From IMG/VR virus record IMGVR_UViG_3300042380_000159: a DNA stretch of 64,000 nt; one strand, 5' to 3'. Under the pieces are notes generated by a model. It searched no databases. It was given only the letters and a program-made list of their open reading frames with translations, and was not told the origin of the DNA. The translations under genes were made by a program, and so were the position numbers. Below, piece by piece: positions 8,099 to 16,999 of this stretch. How positions within the stretch are numbered: the stretch's first letter is position 1; each line of letters starts with the position of its first letter. The stretch comes from an uncultured virus (IMG/VR IMGVR_UViG_3300042380_000159). Its lineage: Duplodnaviria > Heunggongvirae > Uroviricota > Caudoviricetes.

Positions 8099-10290
8099 CA
8101 CGCCCCCAAGATTTCTACGGGGCTTGCCCCGGTGGCGGCGATCGCCTTGCGGATCTCTTCGAGCTTCGCCAACTGGGCACGCCGCTGCTCGAGAGCCGGG
8201 TCTTGGCGGCCGGTGGCCATCGCGATCATCTGGGAAGCGCCTTCCTGCGTGCGGATGTCTGACACCTGCAAGGCGTTCGCAGATGGCCGGGCCAACTCGG
8301 CGGCGATCTCTTTGCGGATGGAGATGCCCTCGGCAGCCAGATTGCGCAGGGCGTTGCGGGCCTCGCCGCCGTCGATCAGCCGATTGTTGAAAGCCTCGCG
8401 CACCGACTTGAACTGGTCGGCAATGGACGTGGCTGGCTTCAGGATGTTCGCATCCACACCGAGGGCTTGCAGCTGCCGCTCGCGGTCCTGGGCCTTCGCC
8501 TGCTTCGTGGCTTCGCCAGCGAGCCGCAGCCGCTCTTTGGCGTCGGCAATGCTCCTGGCGTCGTTCGTTCGCTTCGCCTCGCCCAGCGCCTCCTCTGCTG
8601 CCCGCAGTTCCTGGCCGATTGCCAGCAAGTCCCGGCTGAGTTGCAGACGGCTCGTCTCGGCGTCGGTGAGCCCGGCGTTCGCCAAGTCGGCCACTCGCCG
8701 CCGGGACTCCTGGGCAGTGCGAGCGGCAGCGTCGGCGGCGGCCTTGGCGGCTTCAGCGTTTGCCCGCTGTGCGTCAGACTGTGCTCGCAGCGTGTCGCTG
8801 AAGGTACGGGCCGCGCGGTCTACCTGTTCAATCGCATACTTCTGGTAGATCGTCTCCGCGTTGGCGTTGCGGGCCAACTCGGTCAGTCGGTCGAACTGCT
8901 GGAGCACCTCGACGGGAACCTGCCCGAGCCCGCCTAGTTCTTGAGCCAGTTGCTTGATTGCCGACTCTGCCTGCGAAAGCGAGTTCTGGGCGAACTCGGT
9001 CACGTTGAGGTCCGGCACCTTCAGGGCATCCTTCGCCCGCTGGCCAAATTCCTGCGTGCTCGCCGTCGCCGCCCGCACCTGCTCTTGGTATTTCTTGATC
9101 GCTTCCTGCGGATCTTCGACGGCAATCGTCACTTCCGCCCCGGCCTGCTTGCTGGCCAACGCCCACTCCAGCGCGGCCCCAGCCAACAGCCCGAAGCCCA
9201 CCACGAGCACGCCGATGCCCGTGCTGGCGAGCGCCGAGCGGATCGACACGCCGAGGGCCACGGTGGCCGTTGCCGCCGTGCCCGCCGCAGCCGAATAGCC
9301 AAACGCCGAGGCGGTTGCCGCTGCAAAGAAGTTGGCCAGGCTGGCGATCCCCGCCGTAAGCACCTGCCGGTTGATAAAAGCCAAGTAGCCGCCGATGGCC
9401 GGGAGGAGGTTGCCAGCCAGCGGCAGGGCCGCCGCCGAGACCAGTTTGAACGCAGCCGCCAAGTCGGAGATCACCGCCGTGACGGCCGATGCCACCTGCC
9501 TCACGTCGATGGCCGCGATGAACGTGGCGGCATCCTCGGCCGCCTTGGTGAGAGATGGGGCCAGTTCCGATAGCACGCGAGCGGAGAACGCCTGGAGCGT
9601 CAGTTGGGCTTTCTGGAGCGAATCGTCCAGCGAGGCAATGCCTGCGGTCTGCTGCGGGCTCAACACGATCCCGAGCCGCCGCGCCTCGGCCGTCATCTGT
9701 TGCAAGTAGCCTGCACCCTCTTGGAAGATCGGCACGAGTTCCACGCCGCTCTTGCCGAACAGGCCGACAGCCGCCGCTGCCTGCTGCGCCGGGTTGGGGA
9801 GTTTGCTGATTGCAGCCACGACCGCATCGAAAGCCTGCTCGGGGCGCAACTGCGACAGGTCCGTGATCGACAGGCCGAGTTCCGCGAAAGACTTGATCGC
9901 CGTGGCATTGCCCGTCTGGGCTTCGCCCAGGTTCACGGTGAGTTTCTGCACCGCCTTGCCGAACGTCTCCAGCGAAACACCGGACTGATTCGCCGCCAGC
10001 GAATAGCCTTGGATGATGTCGGCCGAAATGCCGGTACGCTTTGAGAGATCGTCGATGCTGGCAACGGCACCCGCCGTGCCACCGATGAACTGCTGAAACG
10101 CCCCGGCCGCCGTCCGCACCGTGGCGATGAACGCTCTCGACAACTCAATCGTCTTGAGCGTCGAAACGTCCTGCTGCGTCTTCTTGGCGGCGTAACCCAA
10201 CTTCTGTAACTCGACCACCCCGGCATTGATGCCAGCCGACATCTGCGTGGCCGATGCCGAGAGTTGAAAGCCAAGGCCGATGGTTGCCAT
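8098..10290 (-). CDS. Tail tape measure protein (730 aa)
   Basis: Ala-rich helical protein with LFGKSG motif, after the chaperone genes. Confidence 0.85.
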   Translation of the reverse strand: MATIGLGFQLSASATQMSAGINAGVVELQKLGYAAKKTQQDVSTLKTIELSRAFIATVRTAAGAFQQFIGGTAGAVASIDDLSKRTGISADIIQGYSLAANQSGVSLETFGKAVQKLTVNLGEAQTGNATAIKSFAELGLSITDLSQLRPEQAFDAVVAAISKLPNPAQQAAAAVGLFGKSGVELVPIFQEGAGYLQQMTAEARRLGIVLSPQQTAGIASLDDSLQKAQLTLQAFSARVLSELAPSLTKAAEDAATFIAAIDVRQVASAVTAVISDLAAAFKLVSAAALPLAGNLLPAIGGYLAFINRQVLTAGIASLANFFAAATASAFGYSAAAGTAATATVALGVSIRSALASTGIGVLVVGFGLLAGAALEWALASKQAGAEVTIAVEDPQEAIKKYQEQVRAATASTQEFGQRAKDALKVPDLNVTEFAQNSLSQAESAIKQLAQELGGLGQVPVEVLQQFDRLTELARNANAETIYQKYAIEQVDRAARTFSDTLRAQSDAQRANAEAAKAAADAAARTAQESRRRVADLANAGLTDAETSRLQLSRDLLAIGQELRAAEEALGEAKRTNDARSIADAKERLRLAGEATKQAKAQDRERQLQALGVDANILKPATSIADQFKSVREAFNNRLIDGGEARNALRNLAAEGISIRKEIAAELARPSANALQVSDIRTQEGASQMIAMATGRQDPALEQRRAQLAKLEEIRKAIAATGASPVEILGA

Positions 10291-10601
10291 TACTGCTCAA
10301 ACTTCTTGAGGTCTTCCGCCATCCGGCGGATCGTGTCGCGGATCTGTGAGGGATGCTTGGGGGCTCGGTCTTCGATTGGGATAAACGCTTCGGGGTCGGG
10401 TGTTTGCTTGGAGTACGGTGCGAGCACGGCCGAAACCATCATGCCGGTCTGGTGCCAAGGATTGTCGAGCGGGCGAAACCATCGCGTGTAAGCGATCCAC
10501 TGCGAGAACTCACGCGAGTCCATCGCGTCGATTTCTTCGATGGTTTTCTTGAGGTGTGACGCCAGGGCGAACTTAAACTGTAAGGTCGGCCTGGCGTTCA
10601 T
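10290..10601 (-). CDS. Tail assembly chaperone, second (T-like) ORF
   Basis: LASHLKKTIEEIDAMDSREFSQW, immediately before the tape measure. Confidence 0.7.
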   Translation of the reverse strand: MNARPTLQFKFALASHLKKTIEEIDAMDSREFSQWIAYTRWFRPLDNPWHQTGMMVSAVLAPYSKQTPDPEAFIPIEDRAPKHPSQIRDTIRRMAEDLKKFEQ

Positions 10602-10951
10602 TCCCCCGCGAGCTTTTTGATTTCCTCCTCGGTCAGGGCGTTGTGCTTCAGGGCCGCATGCCACAGGCGGTGCATCACGTCGGCGCTGCGAGACTTCAGG
10701 GCAGCCACGCCTTCGTCGCCGGGATAGAGCAGGTTGCCAGCGGCGTCGCAGAGCGTGCGGCTCAGGAGTTCCGAGCGGAAGTCAGGAATCGCCTTGCCGT
10801 CGCCTTCGAGCAGCTTGATCTCGTAGGAGTCGCGGTCGCCCACGCTCATCAGGCGGATACACACCTTGCCGTCGCCGCCGAGTTCGGGGGCTTCCACGGT
10901 GATGATCTTGGCATCGGTTGCGGCGTCGATCTGTTCTCTGGTCAGCGGCAT
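10598..10951 (-). CDS. Tail assembly chaperone (G-like)
   Basis: Position; V.IR.MSVGDRD...TLCD..G pattern. Confidence 0.7.
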   Translation of the reverse strand: MPLTREQIDAATDAKIITVEAPELGGDGKVCIRLMSVGDRDSYEIKLLEGDGKAIPDFRSELLSRTLCDAAGNLLYPGDEGVAALKSRSADVMHRLWHAALKHNALTEEEIKKLAGE

Positions 10952-10958
10952 GGTTCAC

Positions 10959-11273
10959 CTAGTAGGAAAGTTTGAGCGTGACGTTGTAACGGGTCACCCC
11001 GTTCACTTCGCTGGCCACGCTGAGCGACTCCCATACTGCATAGGCAGTCAAGGATTGGCCGCCGCCAGAGATCACCACCTCGGCGCGCGTGTTCCAGAGC
11101 GCGGTGGAGGTGTTGGCCGAACCGAGGCACTCCACCGCCACCGAGCCTGGCGAGTCGGTCCAAGCGACGCTGCGCCCCTTGCCATCGCCACCGAATGACC
11201 ACGACAGGCCGGTGACCTCTTGGAAGGCAACGCCGTTCCACGTCACGCTAATGCCTGTGCTGAGACTCGCCAC
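10959..11273 (-). CDS. Short tail-tube-like protein
   Basis: Beta-rich; position; homolog of 47280-47600. Confidence 0.55.
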   Translation of the reverse strand: MASLSTGISVTWNGVAFQEVTGLSWSFGGDGKGRSVAWTDSPGSVAVECLGSANTSTALWNTRAEVVISGGGQSLTAYAVWESLSVASEVNGVTRYNVTLKLSY

Positions 11274-11291
11274 GGGAAGCCCCCCTGGCGG

Positions 11292-11675
11292 TTAGGCAAC
11301 CTGGAACGATGCCGAGCCCTTGTTGGCGTCGTTCGTGGCAAGCGTGACGGTGGAAGACTTGCAGGTGGCCGCCACGCCGGTCAGCGTGATGCCGCCCGTG
11401 ATGGTCAGCGTGCCGGTGGCACCCTGCGCAATCGGCGTAGCACCAGCGTTGGTCAGGTAGTCGATTGTGACTTCCTTGCCGGTATCGCCAGCCGAGCCCT
11501 TCAGCGGACGCGAAAGCGTCAGGACGGTTGAGCCAGCAGTCTGCCCGAGGTGCGACACGTCAATGTTGTCGGTCGCGTTGTTGTCCGCAATCGTGTAGGT
11601 GATGTTCGTGACGGTGTAGGTGGCACCGGCGAAGACAAACGTGGAACCGGAACCATCATGCGGGGTGGCGGGCAT
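11292..11675 (-). CDS. Tail tube (major tail) protein candidate
   Basis: IDVSHL...D.G.EVTI.Y pattern; follows tail completion gene. Confidence 0.65.
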   Translation of the reverse strand: MPATPHDGSGSTFVFAGATYTVTNITYTIADNNATDNIDVSHLGQTAGSTVLTLSRPLKGSAGDTGKEVTIDYLTNAGATPIAQGATGTLTITGGITLTGVAATCKSSTVTLATNDANKGSASFQVA

Positions 11676-11687
11676 GCTTTATGTCTC

Positions 11688-12098
11688 CTAGCTTTCGATC
11701 CAGAACGTGTCGTACTGCTGGGTGATCTGATAGGCAGGCGGGAGTTCCGCACCCGCCAGCGTCACAAAGTCGTCGGACTCCTGTTCGAGCGACGTTTGCT
11801 TCACTTCCGTATTGTTCGAAGTTCCGCCGTACCCATCCAGAACCGACCGCATCGCATCCGCCACTTCGCGGGCCTGCTCGTAGGTCGCCCCGTAGATGCT
11901 GTATTCCACGCTCGTCACAGGCATGCCCATCGGGCCACCCAGCGTCTGCTGCCGCCGAATCGCCACGCGCCGCCACGTCACGAACGGAAGAGCGGCCGAG
12001 GCGGGGGCCACCACCGGATAGACGCGGGTGCTCACAAGCCCGGCCACGGTGGCGTTGGCAATGAGCGCAGAACGCAGGACGGCTTCGGGGGATTTCAC
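11688..12098 (-). CDS. Tail completion protein (DUF3168-like)
   Basis: RVYP..AP....PFVTW motif; position. Confidence 0.75.
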   Translation of the reverse strand: MKSPEAVLRSALIANATVAGLVSTRVYPVVAPASAALPFVTWRRVAIRRQQTLGGPMGMPVTSVEYSIYGATYEQAREVADAMRSVLDGYGGTSNNTEVKQTSLEQESDDFVTLAGAELPPAYQITQQYDTFWIES

Positions 12099-12099
12099 G

Positions 12100-12870
12100 C
12101 TACTGGCCTCCTAGGTCGCCGTATTTCCGCTCGTACTCTTTCACGGCCCGCGTGAGTGCCTTCCGCATCTCCACGTCGAGGATGCTTTGCATCTGTGCCC
12201 GCGACTGATTGAACGCCTTCCGCAGCGGATGCCGGGCGGGCGAGCCTGCGACGGTGCCGCTGGCGATGAAGTCCACTGGGTAGATACCTCGCCCCGTGAA
12301 GTCGCCACGGGTCTTCCACGAAGACAAGACGCCACGGCCTGCGGCTGGCTTCTTCTCACGATCCACAATCGTCTGAATCCTGCCGCCGAGGATGACCTTG
12401 CGCCTGCGGGTCACTTTGCTCTTGCCAGCCATCCTGGGCCTGGTGCCAAACTCCACCAGATGCGAGTGGTAGGCCCGGTTCGGCCCCTTCAGCACAGTGC
12501 CGCCCACAAAGGCCGGGGTGGCACCCTTCTGGCTCTTTGCGTTCGTGGGCCGCCGAAAGCCGATCACGATCACGCCCACGGGGATCTGCTGCTTGTTGTT
12601 CGTGTACTTCCGCTCGGCCTTCGACACGCTCGCCAACAGGTTGCCCGTCACCTGCCCGAGGGCTGCCGTCTGTTGCCGCAGCGCCTCTTGGCCGGGCTTC
12701 GCCGCCTTGCGGAGTGCCTGGGCCTGGTACTTCAGGCTGATCTCGCGGGGGAGTGCCTTCAGGCTCTTGATCACGTCGTCAAGCGTGGTCAGGCCGTACT
12801 GCTGCTTTGCAAACTTGCCTTTGCCAACGGCAAGCCGCAGCAGCGACGGCCCTTCGGCAAAGACACTCAC
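12100..12870 (-). CDS. HK97 gp10-like neck protein
   Basis: TGNL..S, HLVEFGT, P.RHPLRKAF motifs. Confidence 0.75.
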   Translation of the reverse strand: MSVFAEGPSLLRLAVGKGKFAKQQYGLTTLDDVIKSLKALPREISLKYQAQALRKAAKPGQEALRQQTAALGQVTGNLLASVSKAERKYTNNKQQIPVGVIVIGFRRPTNAKSQKGATPAFVGGTVLKGPNRAYHSHLVEFGTRPRMAGKSKVTRRRKVILGGRIQTIVDREKKPAAGRGVLSSWKTRGDFTGRGIYPVDFIASGTVAGSPARHPLRKAFNQSRAQMQSILDVEMRKALTRAVKEYERKYGDLGGQ

Positions 12871-13187
12871 GAGATAGTCTCCTGGCAAATGGCCTCGTGC
12901 TCGCTGCGGTTGCCGTGTTCGAGCAGGCTCACGATCTCCAGCGTGCGGCCCCGCCATGCGAACCGCATGCTTTGCGTCAGGCCAGAGAGGAACCGCAGCC
13001 GCACCTTGTGCGTGATGCTCACCTCCTGCTGCCCGGCCGCCAACGCCTCACGGGCGCTCACGCCTTCCACGCTCGCCCACACGGCCGAGGAATCGCTCCA
13101 CGCCAGCACCGTCTCGCCGAGGGCATTGGTGCTGCCGCTGGCGATCTGGACGGTGATGCGTTCGCGGAGCTTGCCGGGGTCGATCAT
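12867..13187 (-). CDS. Head closure/head-tail joining protein
   Basis: GKLRERITVQ...VWASVE...RE motif. Confidence 0.85.
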   Translation of the reverse strand: MIDPGKLRERITVQIASGSTNALGETVLAWSDSSAVWASVEGVSAREALAAGQQEVSITHKVRLRFLSGLTQSMRFAWRGRTLEIVSLLEHGNRSEHEAICQETIS

Positions 13188-13789
13188 CGGTAGGAGCCCC
13201 ATCGCTGCGAGTCGAGAAGCGACTTCACGCCGAACGGGATTTCGTCGCCGCTCATGGAGTCGGCCGCCATGCGGCGCTCGAACCACATGCCCACGAGCAT
13301 CAAGATGGCGTGGCGGATCGCGGCGGGCACGTCGGTCCCGCTGTTCCCGTAGCCAGCCCACCACGTCACAGCATGCGCCCCGGCGTCGATCCGGTGCGGC
13401 GGCCAGGTGCCAGCGTAGATCGGCAGCACGGTGCCCGGCGTCGATTGGCGATCCACGCGGAACTGATCCACGGCGTAGGTGCCGGTCGTGCCGCCGTCTG
13501 CCGTGAACGTGAGCGACACGGCCGTGGCCGTGCCCGCGACGGCCATCGGCGGGCGGGGCAGCTCCATCGCCTCGATGCCCGAGGTGGGGAAGCGGTCGAA
13601 CCGCATGACCCACTGCGTGTAGACGAGCGTGCGGTCGAGATATTGTTCGCACCACTCGCGGGCGGCCGTGATGAGGCTGGCCACATAAGCGTCGTCGGCG
13701 GTGCTGTCGATGCGGCAGTGGGCCTTCGCCTCGGAGAGCGTCACGGGCTCCACGGCAGGCGGCGTCTGGCGGCTGAGGCTGCGGTACAT
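13184..13789 (-). CDS. Head-tail connector protein
   Basis: EPVTLSEAKAHCRID...VPAAIRHAILMLV. Confidence 0.88.
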   Translation of the reverse strand: MYRSLSRQTPPAVEPVTLSEAKAHCRIDSTADDAYVASLITAAREWCEQYLDRTLVYTQWVMRFDRFPTSGIEAMELPRPPMAVAGTATAVSLTFTADGGTTGTYAVDQFRVDRQSTPGTVLPIYAGTWPPHRIDAGAHAVTWWAGYGNSGTDVPAAIRHAILMLVGMWFERRMAADSMSGDEIPFGVKSLLDSQRWGSYR

Positions 13790-13989
13790 CACTTTCGCTT
13801 TCTCCGCTTGGGCGTGGCGTCGGCTGTCTCCACGTCGTGCTCGACGGCGGCCGTCTCGATCAACTCCTGCTGCCGGTCCTCCACCGCGAACCGCCGGGCG
13901 ATCAACTCTTGAGCGAGCCCGCCGGGGATCTCCACCACCTGCCCGGCGCGGTAGCTTCGGAACGAACGCAGCATCCTTAGTTTCTTCAT
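13789..13989 (-). CDS. Small capsid-adjacent protein
   Basis: Near-identical to 50072-50272. Confidence 0.7.
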   Translation of the reverse strand: MKKLRMLRSFRSYRAGQVVEIPGGLAQELIARRFAVEDRQQELIETAAVEHDVETADATPKRRKRK

Positions 13990-14720
13990 TGAGGCACGCT
14001 CCATGCAGTTTCGGGCTTCTTTCCGTTGGTCGTGAAATCAGTGGTCCACTGAAACACGGGCTTGCCGAGGTTCTGCCCCGGCCACGTCACGACATACTCG
14101 CCGTGGCCCAGGACCACGCGCGGCGTGATGAAGACGCGGTTCCCGCTTTCCCGCCAGTTGCGCCAGAACCAGATGTCATCGTCGGTGCGGCCCTCGTTCC
14201 ACGATCCATCTGGGCCGGGCTTCGACCAGAACCACGGCTTTTTGCACCGCTTGAGGGCGGCCGTGCTGATGACCGTGAGCCCGAAGTGGGCCGTGTCCAC
14301 CTCCTGCACCGGCTCGGAGAACCACGACATCGGCAGGCTCGTCTTGCCGTCCTCGGGCGGGTTGTCGAGCGTGTCCTTCAGCGTCAGCATCGGTCGGCCG
14401 TCCTCCCGCTTCGTCTGCAATCCGGTCAGCGCGTCGCACTGGAACGTCATCGCCATCGCGAAGAGGTGCTCCACGTCTTCCTTCGTGAAGAACGTGTCGT
14501 AATCAATCGTCAGCAGATACTCGGCCTTGTCGATGAACGTCTCCATGATACGGGTATTCACCTGGCTCCAAAAACAGCCAGTCCCCATCGTGGGGCGAAT
14601 CCCCAGCGGCATGAGTGCCTGAGCCCATGCGAAGTGGTTGGCCGTGAACGACAGCCTGGGCATCGACAGGATGGCCTCCACCCGAACGTCTGCCTCAGTA
14701 CCACCCACGCGGACGATCAT
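13986..14720 (-). CDS. GT-A fold glycosyltransferase-like protein
   Basis: YLLTIDYD (DxD), EVDTAHFG, KPWF, DDIWFW...LGH. Confidence 0.75.
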   Translation of the reverse strand: MIVRVGGTEADVRVEAILSMPRLSFTANHFAWAQALMPLGIRPTMGTGCFWSQVNTRIMETFIDKAEYLLTIDYDTFFTKEDVEHLFAMAMTFQCDALTGLQTKREDGRPMLTLKDTLDNPPEDGKTSLPMSWFSEPVQEVDTAHFGLTVISTAALKRCKKPWFWSKPGPDGSWNEGRTDDDIWFWRNWRESGNRVFITPRVVLGHGEYVVTWPGQNLGKPVFQWTTDFTTNGKKPETAWSVPQ

Positions 14721-14730
14721 GTGCTACCTC

Positions 14731-14768
14731 AAAAAGAGAGCGGGCCGCCCCGTAGTGGAGCGGCCCGC
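14731..14768 (-). terminator. Intrinsic terminator-like hairpin after the capsid gene
   Basis: GCGGGCCGC/GCGGCCCGC stem followed by TCTCTTTTT; conserved at 51048-51085. Confidence 0.7.
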
Positions 14769-14799
14769 CCAGTTTGCACATCACGTCAAGCCGTCAGGC

Positions 14800-16116
14800 T
14801 CACGCACCGACGAGGCCGATGACCGGACCGGCGACGGTCGAGGAGCCGAGGCTGTGGTGCGTGATCGCCACGCGAGCCGAAGCCTTGATGACCGTCTGCT
14901 CCGACAGGAAGTTCACCTGATCGCTGGACGCGATCTCGATGCCCTGGCGGATGCCGTACATCGAGCTGTTGGCAAGGTTGCCGTACAGCGCCATGATCGC
15001 ACCGGTGGAGTCTGCACCGCTCGGCAGGCGGTCGGTGAGGACCACCGGGCTGCCGAGGAAGGTGGGGCCCATGCCAGCCGACAGGCCAACCGAACCGCCC
15101 TGGTTCAGATCGAGAGCCTGCATGCAGGTCGCGAAGAAGAACGGCGAGCAATACCACTTCGCACCGGCCCGGCTGTGCTGCGGAACCGCAGCCATCATCG
15201 CCAGGAGGTTCGCCTTGGTCACCTCGTCGGGGGTGTCACCGGCGGCCGTCACGAGCGACGCCGCGTAGGTGGCAGCCGAGGAGGCCAGAAGGCCGCCCGT
15301 GTGGCTGGTCACGAGTCCCGCCACGCCGGGGGCGTTGGCCGGGTTGCCCGAGAACGCAGCCGACTCGATGGCGTTGGCGAGCGACAGGCCGAGCTCAGCA
15401 GCCACCCAGTCGCCGATCGAGATGACCGAATCGGCCAGGAGCTCGTTCGCCACGATCGTAGCGGCCGTCACCTTGCGAGCGGTCAGCGTCACCTGGCTGA
15501 TCGTCGGATCGGCGGCGGTGATCGCCACGTTCTCGTCCTGCCACTGGCTCGTCGCACCGCCCGTGCGGCGCGGGAAGAGCAGCACGTCCGAAGGCATCTG
15601 CACGTTTTGCGCGTTCTGCACGAAGGCGGAATATTGATCCACCAATCGCACCACGGTCGCGCTAAGAACATCAGCCACGGTCGCGGCACCGGTGGTGGCA
15701 CCGGTCGAACCGAGAGCACGGGTGTCGATGCCCGCATCGTCGCACCACCGCTTAGCCTCGGCGTCGCCCCGGCGGGCCTTGATGAACATGCCGAACCGGT
15801 AGGCGTCCTCGGCCTTCTCGAACGCACGCAGGCGGCCCGCGAACGGGACGGCCTCGATGCGGACGGCCTTCTCCTCGGCACGGACCTCGGGGGCGGGGGT
15901 GCAGCGATCCACCACCGACCGCAGGTTCTTGGCCGACTCGACGACCGACTTCTCGAAGTCGATCTTCTTGGCGAGATCACCGGCCCGCTTGTTCAGCGTT
16001 TCCAGTTCGAGGTCGCGCTCGGCAATCTTGTCGTCGTCGCCTTCGATGGCGCGAACTGCGTCGATCCGGTTGGCGAGGGTAACCGCCTCGTCCTGAAGCT
16101 TCTTGAGGTTGTCCAC
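14800..16116 (-). CDS. Major capsid protein (HK97 family)
   Basis: Coiled-coil delta domain; NELLADS, LGSPVV motifs; follows prohead protease. Confidence 0.92.
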   Translation of the reverse strand: MDNLKKLQDEAVTLANRIDAVRAIEGDDDKIAERDLELETLNKRAGDLAKKIDFEKSVVESAKNLRSVVDRCTPAPEVRAEEKAVRIEAVPFAGRLRAFEKAEDAYRFGMFIKARRGDAEAKRWCDDAGIDTRALGSTGATTGAATVADVLSATVVRLVDQYSAFVQNAQNVQMPSDVLLFPRRTGGATSQWQDENVAITAADPTISQVTLTARKVTAATIVANELLADSVISIGDWVAAELGLSLANAIESAAFSGNPANAPGVAGLVTSHTGGLLASSAATYAASLVTAAGDTPDEVTKANLLAMMAAVPQHSRAGAKWYCSPFFFATCMQALDLNQGGSVGLSAGMGPTFLGSPVVLTDRLPSGADSTGAIMALYGNLANSSMYGIRQGIEIASSDQVNFLSEQTVIKASARVAITHHSLGSSTVAGPVIGLVGA

Positions 16117-16164
16117 TGTGGTGAATCTCCTGGCGGCGGTATTGCCGTGGAGTCCACAGTGCCA

Positions 16165-16335
16165 CTAGCGGGCAGACCTCTTGCAGAAGCGCACTTCGGA
16201 AAGTGTTGTTTTTACAAACGCCACCGCCCGAGCCCCGCACCGGGGGCAGCGCAAATACCGCTGCCGCTCGTCACCGCATGGACGGCTGGAACGGCAACGG
16301 AGTTTCTCGCCGCAGGTGCAGCGGGCTTCAGACAT
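16165..16335 (-). CDS. Ogr/Delta-like zinc-finger protein (56 aa, not in ORF track)
   Basis: Hand translation MSEARCTCGEKLRCRSSR...RQRYLRCPRCGA; conserved at 52476-52646. Confidence 0.65.
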   Translation of the reverse strand: MSEARCTCGEKLRCRSSRPCGDERQRYLRCPRCGARAVAFVKTTLSEVRFCKRSAR

Positions 16336-16999
16336 TGCGGAGCCTCAGAGTCCACGCCGCAGCGGCATCACGGACCAGGGAACGCACGGCCCGCTTCACT
16401 TCTGGCTCGGCCTCGGCGTCGGCTTCGACGGCCGCAGCCTGGGATGCCAGCCACGCCTCGTAAGACCGCTTCGCCACGACCGCAGACGTAGCACTGCCGT
16501 AGGCTGGCACGTTCACGGGGCCGACCTCGTAAAGGCCGGAAGCCTCGACCACCTCGCGGATGGCCTTGCCGCCTTCGTCCGTCGTAAACCGCTCGCCCTT
16601 CTGGCTCACGGTGAACGCGAATGAACTGCCCCGCAGATTCCGAGAGCGCACCAGGGCCAGCACGTCACGGCCCGCCGAGGTATCCGGCGGCTCGACGATG
16701 TACGAGATGCCACGCTCGTCGGCGATGATCTCAAGCGTGCCAGCCGACTCGCGGCCCAGCAACATGTCGCTGTTGTGGTTGTAGTAACTCAGAATCTCGC
16801 CCTTGCCCCGCTGGCGGTTCAGCACCTTGTCGAAGGCACCGGGCAGGATTCGCTCCCGAAAGCCACCGAGATCAAGGGAAAGCCGGTTGTAGGGCACGGC
16901 CAGCCCACGGATCGCCTCGCGTCCGCTGGTGCGCGTCTCGATTTGCAGCTCGCACTCGGGGGCTTCGTCTACGGTCAGGCAGCGGCGTTCAATTTCCAT
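16328..16999 (-). CDS. HK97-type prohead protease
   Basis: FRERILPGAF, YNH, SFAF, EVGPVNVPAY. Confidence 0.92.
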   Translation of the reverse strand: MEIERRCLTVDEAPECELQIETRTSGREAIRGLAVPYNRLSLDLGGFRERILPGAFDKVLNRQRGKGEILSYYNHNSDMLLGRESAGTLEIIADERGISYIVEPPDTSAGRDVLALVRSRNLRGSSFAFTVSQKGERFTTDEGGKAIREVVEASGLYEVGPVNVPAYGSATSAVVAKRSYEAWLASQAAAVEADAEAEPEVKRAVRSLVRDAAAAWTLRLRNV

